Positions 9,770-18,933 of a stretch of DNA of 64,000 bases are shown here, in pieces. The position numbers and the translations under genes are program-made. Source of the DNA: Candidatus Latescibacterota bacterium (GTDB lineage Bacteria > Latescibacterota > UBA2968 > UBA8231); the NCBI GenBank assembly GCA_963422735.1, contig OY730476.1, forward strand, positions 1,920,001 through 1,984,000. Direction: 5' to 3'. Below the pieces are notes generated by a model. The model was not told the DNA's origin. It was given only the letters and a program-made list of their open reading frames with translations, and searched no databases. How positions within the stretch are numbered: position 1 is the first letter of the stretch; each line of letters opens with the position of its first letter.

Positions 9770-9827
9770 GACGCACTAAAAGTGCGCGAATTATCGCACC
9801 AGTGCGTCGAATTATCGCACCAGTGCG
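9770..9827. promoter_or_regulatory. Tandem palindromic repeats, candidate enhancer (bEBP UAS) sites
   Basis: CGAATTATCGCACCAGTGCG repeated twice (9787-9806, 9808-9827), forming GTGCG-N8/9-CGCAC dyads ~130-180 bp upstream of the sigma54 site. Confidence 0.5.
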
Positions 9828-9890
9828 GGGTCGGAGGTGGGTGAGAGCGCTGCTGTTTTTGGGCCGCCAGAACCCCCAGTAGCAGGCCGA

Positions 9891-9918
9891 TAAGAATTAG
9901 GAATTAAGAATTGAGAAT
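9891..9918. repeat. Heptamer tandem repeat x4 (TRRGAAT)
   Basis: taagaat-taggaat-taagaat-tgagaat. Confidence 0.6.
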
Positions 9919-10190
9919 TTCTAAGAGGCAGGGGTGGCTCTTTTGTTTCGATTAAAAAACCGAAAGGCGACAGAATAGGGCCAATACAGCCGTGCGCGGG
10001 GGAACTCTCCGCATTATGAGTTGTCCGTCTTCGCGCATAGAGTGCTGTATTCTGTGTGAAAGTGGCAAGCGCAGGCCGCCGGGCCAGCACACTACGCCAT
10101 AGAGCGGTCGGCTGAGTTCGCGGATGTCGGGAGGCCCAAAATACAAACTCAGTCCCTGCCGTCGTATTGCATCGAACATCGTTTCTTCCT

Positions 10191-11396
10191 TTATAGTTGG
10201 CCGCTCGTTCTCAGCAATTTTTCTACGAACTCAACCCGGTCGTCTAGCTGGAGTTCGCTGTACAGTTCCAATGCTTGCCGCCACTGAAGCAAGGCATCAA
10301 AAGGAGCCTGATTCGACGCATAGACCCTCCCTAAGCGAACTCTCACGTCGGCTACGGCCTTCAAGTCCGATACCTTCGCAAACAGTTGCACCGCCTGCCG
10401 ATATGCCTCCTCAGCCGCATGAAAGTTTTCAATGTTCATGTAGGCATTACCCAAAATAGCCGCTTGTGTCGCTTGGCCTTTGTCGTCTCCAATCGCGTCA
10501 AACAGTGCCTTCGCCTGCTGGAATAAGGCCGTGGCTTCTCGCGTGTCGCCTTTCTCCCATAGCACCTGCCCCAGACCACCCAAAGTGCGAGCCTCAAACT
10601 GTTTATGACCTAATTTTCGTTGAACGGCCAGCGTCCGACGATACATGGCTTCCGCCTCATCAAATCGACCCGTTTCGCTATATAAGGCCCCCAAGGCGCC
10701 GTAGTGATGCGCCAACCCCTCGTCGCGCTGGAGCCGTTCCTCAATCTCAATGCCTTTTTTGAGAATGTCTTCGGCCTCGGCCAGACGCTTTTGTCTGAGA
10801 TAGACCAGACCCAAGCCTTGATAGTGGCCAGAAATACCCGGCATATCGCCGAGTTCTTGGCAAACGTTCAGTCCCTGCTGGAAATAGCCCTCGGCTTCTT
10901 CCGTTTTGTTCTGCCAGAGGGACAACAGCCCCAAGTTGCCGCATTCTTCCGCCCAATAGGCTCTATTGCCCGACGCCTCGTGGAGTTGCTGAGCGCGGAT
11001 GTGCAATTCTCGTGCCTCCGCGATTTTTCCTTGGAGATGGGCGACAAAGCCTCTGTTGCTATAGTTGACGGCCAGACGCTCCTCATCGCCGCGTTGGCTA
11101 TTGATCGCAAAGGCTTTATTGAGATAGTCAACCGCCTTATCCATCGGCCCCAGAACTTGGTACATAAGCCCCAAGCCGCTATATGCATCGGCTTCCATTT
11201 CCTGATCCTGCCCCTGCCGTGCTTTCGCAAGAGCTCTTAGGTAAAGCCCTTCGGCCTTGTCGAGTTTACCTTGTTCCTTGTAATAGCGACCTAACAGGAG
11301 ACAAGCCTGCGCTTGGGCGTGTACATCTCGATTTTGCGCGACCCGCGCCTGCTGTATGGCTACGTCGCATTCGGGAATTAACGGAATGATTTCCAT
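10191..11396 (-). CDS. Tetratricopeptide repeat protein (TPR_12-like, ~40 aa repeats)
   Basis: Repeats such as 'AYSGLGLMYQVLG..DKAVDYLNKAF', 'YGALGALYSETGRFDEAEAMYRRTL'. Start codon uncertain (11396 or 11444). Confidence 0.85.
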   Translation of the reverse strand: MEIIPLIPECDVAIQQARVAQNRDVHAQAQACLLLGRYYKEQGKLDKAEGLYLRALAKARQGQDQEMEADAYSGLGLMYQVLGPMDKAVDYLNKAFAINSQRGDEERLAVNYSNRGFVAHLQGKIAEARELHIRAQQLHEASGNRAYWAEECGNLGLLSLWQNKTEEAEGYFQQGLNVCQELGDMPGISGHYQGLGLVYLRQKRLAEAEDILKKGIEIEERLQRDEGLAHHYGALGALYSETGRFDEAEAMYRRTLAVQRKLGHKQFEARTLGGLGQVLWEKGDTREATALFQQAKALFDAIGDDKGQATQAAILGNAYMNIENFHAAEEAYRQAVQLFAKVSDLKAVADVRVRLGRVYASNQAPFDALLQWRQALELYSELQLDDRVEFVEKLLRTSGQL

Positions 11397-11525
11397 GTGT
11401 TTAAAATACTTTCTTTGTTTATTGCACCCGCCGAATGTACCCACAGATCAGGCTGTCGAGGTCGTGGATCAAGAACAGGTCAATGGAGTTGAAGCTCAAT
11501 CTCGGCAAGCTGTTTTCGTCAAGGC

Positions 11526-12566
11526 TCAGCCTAAAGCCCACCGGTTCGGCCGATGGTCCAACAGGAATTGGTACTGCTGCCAGTCGGCATCCGTGAGGGT
11601 CCGGTAGCGTCGGTCGAACTCGACTAAGTCCTCTACTAAGGCTTCTTCGGGCAGAAACGGGTCTGGCCACAAGTGCGCAAACCAAAAGTAGAGCAAACGG
11701 ATGCGCGGCTCCTGAAATTTATCGGCCATATACTCGATGGCCTGATGGCGCATCGCTGTCTCGGCGGCGTTGAAGTCGTGGTGGTGGTACAGATGGTACG
11801 TGTCGGCCGACACGCCATAGAGCCGACACCCGTATTGCTGGCACCGATACGCTAGCTCCCATCCCTCGCAAAAAGGAATGTGGATGTCGAACCCGCCGAT
11901 AGATCGCAATACCTCGCGGGGGAGGGCACTGTTGTGGGGCGTCAGACCCAGCCAAGCCACCGCCGCGTCCGGGCACCGGCGAAAGAGATCGATTTGTTCG
12001 TCCTGCATCTGTTCTAGTTCGGGAAACGGATAGCCGCCGGGGACAGCCCTCTCGCGGATTGTCGCGAAATCGCGGTGAACCATCGCTTCGGTCAGGATCA
12101 ATTCCTTCCGGTGGCGGTCTAGGTAGTCTTTCTGGACGCTAGGGATGGCGACATGAGCGAGCGACCCGCACTGAGGATCTTGGAAAAACTCCAACTCGGC
12201 CAGCGAGTACAGCCGGCCGCATAACACGCTATCCGGCCCGTGTTCCCCAAAGGCGTCTAGATACGTTTGGAGCAGGTCCGGGGCCGGCAAGGCGTCGCCA
12301 TCGAGCAACACGACGAGATCGCCCGCTGCTTGGTCGATCCCTCGGTTCCGCGCCGAGCAGCGCCCTTCGTTCGGATAGAGTCGGATCGACTTCATATTGT
12401 CGATGTCCAACGCATCGAGCATCTCTGCCGTGCCATCGGTCGATCCGTCATCAATCACCAAAACTTCAAAGCACTCAGGCGAAAGGGTCTGGCCTTCCAA
12501 GCCGCTCAAGACTAGACGGAGCCGTTCCCGTTGGTTATATGTAGGTAAAACGACACTAACTTCCAT
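11526..12566 (-). CDS. Glycosyltransferase family 2
   Basis: 'VSVVLPTYN', 'VIDDGSTDGT', 'ARNRGI', DxD 'LLDGD', 'IGGFD...EGWELAYR'. Confidence 0.9.
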   Translation of the reverse strand: MEVSVVLPTYNQRERLRLVLSGLEGQTLSPECFEVLVIDDGSTDGTAEMLDALDIDNMKSIRLYPNEGRCSARNRGIDQAAGDLVVLLDGDALPAPDLLQTYLDAFGEHGPDSVLCGRLYSLAELEFFQDPQCGSLAHVAIPSVQKDYLDRHRKELILTEAMVHRDFATIRERAVPGGYPFPELEQMQDEQIDLFRRCPDAAVAWLGLTPHNSALPREVLRSIGGFDIHIPFCEGWELAYRCQQYGCRLYGVSADTYHLYHHHDFNAAETAMRHQAIEYMADKFQEPRIRLLYFWFAHLWPDPFLPEEALVEDLVEFDRRYRTLTDADWQQYQFLLDHRPNRWALG

Positions 12567-12579
12567 GGTATCACTCGGT

Positions 12580-15112
12580 TCAGCCTTCGTCGAGGATCTT
12601 GGTCTGCAAGTGGCACTCGTACGGCAATTCGGTCTGCAAGTCCCACCGATTGGGATCGTTGTCCTGAGCGTCCAATCGCTCTACGAGGCATTGCGGAATT
12701 CTTTTGACAGAATTGGAACACCGGATGCGTTGGGTGTCTAAGTGACCAAAGTAATAGGTCCAATACGGCTCGGTATTCTCCTCGATTAGGCCGCGTAGTG
12801 ATGGGTCGGCAACATTGTGGTCCGTCAGGGCGGTCTGCCCGATGACGATGCCGTGAAATTCGACGGGCACCCAGCCTTTTTTCGCCAAATAGACCTCAAG
12901 CCACGTATGGCCAAAGAGGGGTTCCCTATATGAATGGATAGCAAAGCTATCGTCCCCGGTAGGATACCCGATCAGGGCACCGGCGACCTCGCGCACGGGG
13001 ATTCCATCTAGACGGCACAGGGCCATAAACGCTCGGGAAAGCGTGATACAATGACCGCCGGTATCGCTCAAGATGGCTTGGGTGCTATATCCGATACTCT
13101 GGGCGGAGTCTTTGGTTTTCTTGAACCGTTTGGTGTGCATCAGGGCCTCGTATATAGCACGGGCATGACACTCGTCGCTGCGCCTTTCCCTAGGACCTAG
13201 TTCCTGCCGGAAGACCTCGACTTCGGGACAATCCGCTAGCTCGGGGTCTAAGCGCAAATACCGTTTCCGTTCGACGGGGCTTAAAGATACCGGCTGAAAT
13301 CCATTAGCCGACGGGAATTCTTCTACGGTCAACTCGCAGACATAGCTCAGTTCCCAAGGCTCGCTCTCAGCGGAACCTTTGGTCAACTCGTAGTTGTAGA
13401 AAAAGCCCATCGCCGGCACCAACACGGCTTCCATATCAGCAGGCTCGCAGGTGATGTATTGGATATCTCGTTGACCGCCCCCTTCGATGGGATAAGGCAG
13501 GAAGATTCGAGTGCGCTGACCGGGCTGAAGCGGCACTGGATGGATCCGCAATTGATAGGTCATTCGGTATCGCTGCCATTTCTTGCGGCCCCGGACGCCT
13601 TTTTCGTCTTGAATAAAAAACCGGTTGCGTTTCTGCTCCAACGCCCGGTAGTCGGCCTCAAAAAAGCGAGGCTCGTGGTCGTAGAGCCAATTCCACGAAT
13701 CGATCCGGTCGTAGTACAACGCCCCGTGAACTTTGTGGTATGGCAATCCCCGGCCCATGCCTTCGTGCAAAATCGTCTCTACATCCTCCGTTGAAAGCGG
13801 AGTACTGGCGACCAGATAGCGGACGAATTCCCGTTCTTCCATCGCATAAAGGGAATCGAGTTGATGCGGTTGTTCTTGGGCGAGGAAGAAGCCATCTACT
13901 AGATCAGCAGCGACTTGGCCTCCGTGCCATGGGACGCCGTTTCTGCAAAAGCACGGCACGATGCCGCGAACTGGGAATCATCTCCCACCACTCGATACAG
14001 GGCCGTCAAAATCTCGTCGGCTCGAAAGGCCTTCCGGTCGAGCTTTACGCCCAATCCGAGTTGCTCAACGCGATTCAAGTGGTACTCCTGATTTAGGTGC
14101 TCGGGTGCCCCGATGATGGGCACTCCACACCGCAATGCCTGATAAATAGCACCGATGCCGACGATGCCCACCAACGCCCGCGCCCGCTGCAAGACCCACT
14201 CGCCGGGGAGAAAGTCAGTGACTCGGACATTGCTATGGAGGCTCGTACCCGCCCAGCGGCCGGCCGTGGTGATGAGCAAACGGATGGGTTCATGCGCCAC
14301 GGCCTCAATCAGCCCCTCCAAGTATTCGGGGGATCGCCCGCTGCTGCCACAGGTCACATAGACCAGCGGCCAAGACAAATCCCAATCTTGGTCGAGCAGA
14401 GGGACCGTACCTTTCTCCTTTGGGGCGTCCAGCAAAGGACCCACGTAATGATACCCCGGAGCCGCCCGTTCTGGAGGCGGATGGAATTCGGGGATGTCCG
14501 CCAGCAGGTAAAACTTTTTTCGGGGTTTCACCTCACTTGCCTTACGCTTGAGATACGCACCAAACGGCCCCGGCTCGGTGCTAAACGACGCCATCAGCCA
14601 TATAGGAAACGGATAGCCCGGCTGATTATACGCTTGAGTCACGATGGCCTCGTCAACCCCTTCGAGTTGAGCCGCTACGGAGAGGGTCGGCTTCATATCT
14701 TGGATTACTAAGGCCGGCTTAATCGCTTGGATCAAGTTCCGTTCCGACTGAACGCAGCGGTCAATCCATGCTAGGTCGTAATAGCCGTATTCGCCCCGGG
14801 CTACGTATTCGTCCATCCGTTCTTGCGGCAAGGTCTCGACATCGTGGACGGGGAATCCCTCATCGGCGATTCGCTCAATATGAGGGCCGCGTCCGGCGCA
14901 CTCGACCGGATACCCTCGATCCCGCAGGGCGCGAGCGAGCACGAGTGGGCGGATGGTGTGCGCCAAGCTGTACCCGTGGAAAAAGACGAGGATTTTCCGC
15001 TGGCCTCGCGCCAGTTGATCTAGTTCCGTCCATCGACGGAGCCAACGATCCCAAAGCAGCAGGTGCTCAGAAAGTTTAGCTATAAAAGTTTAGCTATAAT
15101 AGAATGGAGCAT
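12580..15112 (-). pseudogene. GT1/MGT-like glycosyltransferase fused to a transglutaminase-like domain, split by two frameshifts
   Basis: The ATG at 15112 (MLHSIIAKLSEHLLLWDRW...RKILVFFHGYSLAHTIR) is broken by a 14-bp tandem duplication at 15071-15098. GT body lies at 13899-14966. A 1-nt shift near 13932 joins it to 'PWHGGQVAADLVDG' (typical GT-B C-terminal helix) and a TGase core (GHCITLSRAF...GHTWLEVY...GWVPVE). Confidence 0.7.
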
Positions 15113-15128
15113 ATGTCCTCAACTTGAC

Positions 15129-15360
15129 CTACCGCGTCAGGGCGAATATGGGAATCGCTACTGGGTTGTCCCTAATGTGGACGATAATTTCGCAATCGGT
15201 CTGGCCCATCGGGAAGTCACTCTCGTTGCGTACCTCGACGACTAGCCGCCGATCCATCTCCCAGCGCCAATCGAAAGCGAATGTAGGTACTGGGCACTGC
15301 GATTGTACCCGGACCCGTGCCTGCGCCGCATCAGATGGAACACGCACCGCGACCATTTTC
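15129..15360 (-). pseudogene. 3' remnant of the DUF1573-like gene
   Basis: Homologous to the C-terminal ~75 aa of 21173-21622 (...IIVHIRDNPVAIPIFALTR*). The 5' part is missing. Confidence 0.75.
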
Positions 15361-15389
15361 GTTACTTACGTATGCGTACTCCGGTGACT

Positions 15390-16358
15390 TTAGATAAAAC
15401 TAAACAGAAAGCCGTGTGGTATATCTACTCCGAGGACTAGCTCTACGAGTTGCCATTGCTGTTGCTCAGCGTCCCAGACCATGCGAAAAAAGAACGGGGT
15501 CCACCCGGGTATCGGAGCAGTAGAAAATGCCACCGGCTCTTGTACGACGAAGCCGACTTCGGCAAAAACCAAGTTATTTCCCTCTGCTAGATGCTTGATT
15601 GTGGCTTGTTGGTTGCTCAAGTCAGCCGTCCAATGGCCTGTTGGCAGCCCTTCTTGACTCTCAATAGAAGAGAGATATATCTCGTACCTCTTCTGCATCC
15701 CGAAGATCCGGAACGCGCTATCGTGGAACGACACCTTCTCGATGTAGTGATCGCATTCATCTTGGTGCAGCAGATACTTATGTCCTTCTCGAAGGATATC
15801 GAATAGAAACGGTGCTTCTTCTCGGCGGATCCTCATGAGCGAGGCAGAATTATCGCTAGATTCCTGTAAGGCTTTGATGAAAGACAGTCCTATTTCTTCA
15901 TTCCATTTTTCGTTCAGTTCCGCTAGCAGAAAGAAGTGTTTGTCGCTCTTTAATCGGATATTTTCCTCTATACTCCGCGTGTAAAACGCCGCTGCCAAAC
16001 TGTCGTTGCCCGCTACAGAAAATGCGACCAGAAAGTCGTAGAACCAGTTGTGCAAGGTCGTCTTCTGCACTGCATTTGCCTTCAGTTCCCCTTCAAAGGG
16101 GATAGCTGTAATAGCTCGGCGTAGCGAATCGCTGGCTTCCACCGTGAGTAAACTTTGGCTATGGCTGTATTCATTCTGAGGTGCTCGTCGTTTGCACTGC
16201 GCTATGAGGGTGCCGGAGCAACCGAGTGCTTCGACTTTGACCGAGCAACGGCTGCTACTTATGCCGAAACTAGTCGAACATTGGGCACTTGTGTCTTGTG
16301 CTTGGAAAACAGTGCTCAATCCTATCAGGACGAGGCTGATTCGCAGGATCCGTTTCAT
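15390..16358 (-). CDS. Fusion of signal peptide, 4-Cys peptide and YGGF-family domain
   Basis: GGAGAAAGGA SD, MKRILRISLVLIGLSTVFQAQDTSA, then QCSTSFGISSSRCSVKVEALGCSGTLIAQC, then 'WFYDFLVAFSVAGNDSLAAAFY...VSFHDSAFRIF...FFFRMVWD'. Confidence 0.75.
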   Translation of the reverse strand: MKRILRISLVLIGLSTVFQAQDTSAQCSTSFGISSSRCSVKVEALGCSGTLIAQCKRRAPQNEYSHSQSLLTVEASDSLRRAITAIPFEGELKANAVQKTTLHNWFYDFLVAFSVAGNDSLAAAFYTRSIEENIRLKSDKHFFLLAELNEKWNEEIGLSFIKALQESSDNSASLMRIRREEAPFLFDILREGHKYLLHQDECDHYIEKVSFHDSAFRIFGMQKRYEIYLSSIESQEGLPTGHWTADLSNQQATIKHLAEGNNLVFAEVGFVVQEPVAFSTAPIPGWTPFFFRMVWDAEQQQWQLVELVLGVDIPHGFLFSFI

Positions 16359-16412
16359 GGTTGCATTGTCCTTTCTCCAAGGGGTTGGGTAGAAATACAA
16401 ATCGAAAATCCC

Positions 16413-17852
16413 TCACAGTATGCTGCTACGGAGCCAAGCAAGATAAGCCAGCATATAACTCAACACAGCAAAGAAAAAAAGGCCCCCCATGTCGAGCAGG
16501 CCCTGACGGGCTAAGGTCCCCGCCGAAATGTTTTCCTCGAATACGAGTATGATGTTCGGATCTACCTTTTTGCTCGATAAGCCCTCTTTGACCAGAGGAA
16601 TGTGCATGCTATGTGGATCATTCCGGTCGAGTGCAAGCACGGTTTGTTCAAATTGCTGGCCGTAAATGCGCACCTGAGCCACAAAGCTCTGATACCGGGC
16701 GAGACCGGTTCCCGCGAGGGCTTCCATGCTGTACTTAAAGCAGCCCATCGGTGAGAGACGAGTGAAGTAGCGTCCTACTTCTACCTGCCTCAGCCGTTGG
16801 GCCAAACCACTGTTGGAGAGGGCTTGGTGAGTTTGTCTCCACTCGCGTATCACTTGGGACAGTTCGCCGATCTTCTCTGGATTCCTCTGATCGCGGGGGT
16901 TCCGACTCAGGGTATTGATAACGTTGCCCACCTTTCTATTGACTGGAAAATCCTGATTGAAGCGGTACTCATTCTCCATTGCGCTCGACACATGGACCAA
17001 GCGGGCGGCTATTGAACCGCCAATTTCCGGCCAGACTAGCACTCCAATAGCCCACAGCAACAGTACGGTAACTAAACTAGAGCGCGTACTGTCACTAACA
17101 ATCGAAACGAGTAGTCCTATAGCAGTGAAAACGCTCAAGTAGATCAGGGAAAGGAAGAATAGGCCCCCCAATCGCACCCATTCCTCACCGCTGATATCAA
17201 CGTCGATCAAAAGCAGAACGAGCAATATGTTGATGACCAAGCTAAGGAAAAGGATACATGTCAACGCTAGCATGGTACTACAGAACTTGCCCCCGAGGAG
17301 GATGTGACGTGTGAGGGCATGGGACATAACCAGTTTGAGTGTACCTTGCTCTTTTTCGCCGATAATGGCATTAAAAGTAAACAGCAGTGCCGCCAAGCTC
17401 AACACCACACCGATGATAAAAACCCAGTCGAGCGATAGACCTAAAAATAGTTGCTGTGCATCGGGATCTAAGGAGATAGGGAAGCGCAAAATCCAGGGAT
17501 ACAGCACCGAGAAATGATTGTTGTGGAAAGACAAGCTTGTCTCGGCACTCACGTAGTCAGGCAAAGCATATGTCGCTCCAGCCGCAGCGAAAATTAGGGG
17601 GCTAGGTTTGATGTAGATCTTTTCCGGCCCTTCTAGGGCGAGGTATCTTAGCCCTCTGTTGGCATGCTCTCGAACCTTAGCGTATTCGGCAGCGGTATTT
17701 TTGATATAACGGTCGCGCTTAAAAGAATAGGTCCCTTTGGCAAAGCCAAAGGCATTGATGCCCATCAAGATGACCGTCAGCACTAGCAGTATGCTAAAGC
17801 GGAGGCTAATGAGGTGTTCAATTAGCTCGCGTCTAATCAGTAAAGCCAGCAT
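16413..17852 (-). CDS. ABC-2 type permease (subunit type 2, cassette B)
   Basis: 'LIRRELIEHL', 'FNAIIGEKEQGTLKLVMSHALTRHILLGGKF', 'YSMEALAGTGLARY'. Confidence 0.9.
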   Translation of the reverse strand: MLALLIRRELIEHLISLRFSILLVLTVILMGINAFGFAKGTYSFKRDRYIKNTAAEYAKVREHANRGLRYLALEGPEKIYIKPSPLIFAAAGATYALPDYVSAETSLSFHNNHFSVLYPWILRFPISLDPDAQQLFLGLSLDWVFIIGVVLSLAALLFTFNAIIGEKEQGTLKLVMSHALTRHILLGGKFCSTMLALTCILFLSLVINILLVLLLIDVDISGEEWVRLGGLFFLSLIYLSVFTAIGLLVSIVSDSTRSSLVTVLLLWAIGVLVWPEIGGSIAARLVHVSSAMENEYRFNQDFPVNRKVGNVINTLSRNPRDQRNPEKIGELSQVIREWRQTHQALSNSGLAQRLRQVEVGRYFTRLSPMGCFKYSMEALAGTGLARYQSFVAQVRIYGQQFEQTVLALDRNDPHSMHIPLVKEGLSSKKVDPNIILVFEENISAGTLARQGLLDMGGLFFFAVLSYMLAYLAWLRSSIL

Positions 17853-18057
17853 TTTATTGACCTTCACATAAGTAGATTTAGAGTTTTGATCTCAATCCCA
17901 ATACGGGAAAGTTGTAACCCAAGTTTGGTGTATTTCAATAGAACTCCGTCCACGAAAGAACGCGACACAAATGAACTGTGACAAATCCCGCCCGACTGCA
18001 TCGTAGCGTTTGAATGGTCATGTATGCCGGTTCTAATAGTTCCAGTAAGTCATTGTA

Positions 18058-18876
18058 TCAAAGAAATAAGAATACATGGTCTATGCCATAACTAAAAAGA
18101 ACCTCTAGATGTCTCCATATCAATTTTTGCTCATCCCAAACCAACCGGAAGAACGTCGGCGTTCGTCCGGCAACTTCCCATTTCATAAATTCCTCTGGTT
18201 CTTCCACAATGAACATGATCTCTGCGAATACGTGCGTTTCCCCTCTGGCTAAACGTTGTTTTATTTTGGGTAGGATGCGGGGTTGGTAACACGTCCTACC
18301 TCTAGGTATCATGCCGTGCTCCGCCGCATAGGACTCGTAGGTCTCATAATGGTTTGTCATATCGAAGACCCGGAACACACTATCGTAAAAAGATACTCCG
18401 TCAAAATAGTAGTCGCGATCGAGTTGCTCCATAAAGTACTTATGAGAGTGAGAGAGAATCTCAAAAGGAGATTCACCAACTGGTTGGTTCCAGTCTTCTA
18501 ACAGATGCTGACGCATTTCCGTCAAGGTTTGTGGATAATTGACTCCCTCTCGTATATAAAATGCCGCTACTAAGCTATCGCTTCCCGATTCAGAGAAGGC
18601 AACTAAAAAATCGTAGAGCCAACTCCGCAGACCTGCTTCCTGGTCTAGATCAATGGACGTTTCTAATTGAACGGGGATTGCTCGGATGGACTGATACAAC
18701 GAGTCCCCCGCCAGCACCTTCATCATCTTTTGACGATGGATATAATCGTAAAAAACTTGCAAACTGTCGGGCGAAAATCCACCGTATCGTAGCGGCTTTT
18801 CAGAGGCAAAACCAATCGACGAGATTATGCCTACAGCGACGAGCCCCTGAAGTGAGAGCAGTAGGATCTTTGACAT
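18058..18876 (-). CDS. Secreted YGGF/FFRLxWD-family protein, cassette B
   Basis: Signal peptide, then 'LRYGGFS', 'GLRSWLYDFLVAFSESGSDSL', 'RTPTFFRLVWD'. Confidence 0.85.
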   Translation of the reverse strand: MSKILLLSLQGLVAVGIISSIGFASEKPLRYGGFSPDSLQVFYDYIHRQKMMKVLAGDSLYQSIRAIPVQLETSIDLDQEAGLRSWLYDFLVAFSESGSDSLVAAFYIREGVNYPQTLTEMRQHLLEDWNQPVGESPFEILSHSHKYFMEQLDRDYYFDGVSFYDSVFRVFDMTNHYETYESYAAEHGMIPRGRTCYQPRILPKIKQRLARGETHVFAEIMFIVEEPEEFMKWEVAGRTPTFFRLVWDEQKLIWRHLEVLFSYGIDHVFLFL

Positions 18877-18933
18877 GTTTCCTTTCTCCTTCTTTAGAGA
18901 GGTACTACCTCAATTGTGGCACAATACTTTCTA

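Noticed and set aside
9787-9827. Direct repeats as a possible CRISPR array
   Set aside because: Only two adjacent 20-bp copies, with no spacers and no cas genes.
9952-10179. 75-aa minus-strand ORF after the TPR gene
   Set aside because: It has a plausible SD but no recognisable motif. It may be a remnant and cannot be supported.
11440-11522. 'SLPRLSFNSIDLFLIHDLD' resembling an aldo/keto reductase segment
   Set aside because: Too short (~25 aa) and at best a tiny remnant.
17868-18057. Possible additional peptide gene in the cassette B gap
   Set aside because: Minus-strand frames give short ORFs with no leader, SD or Cys pattern.
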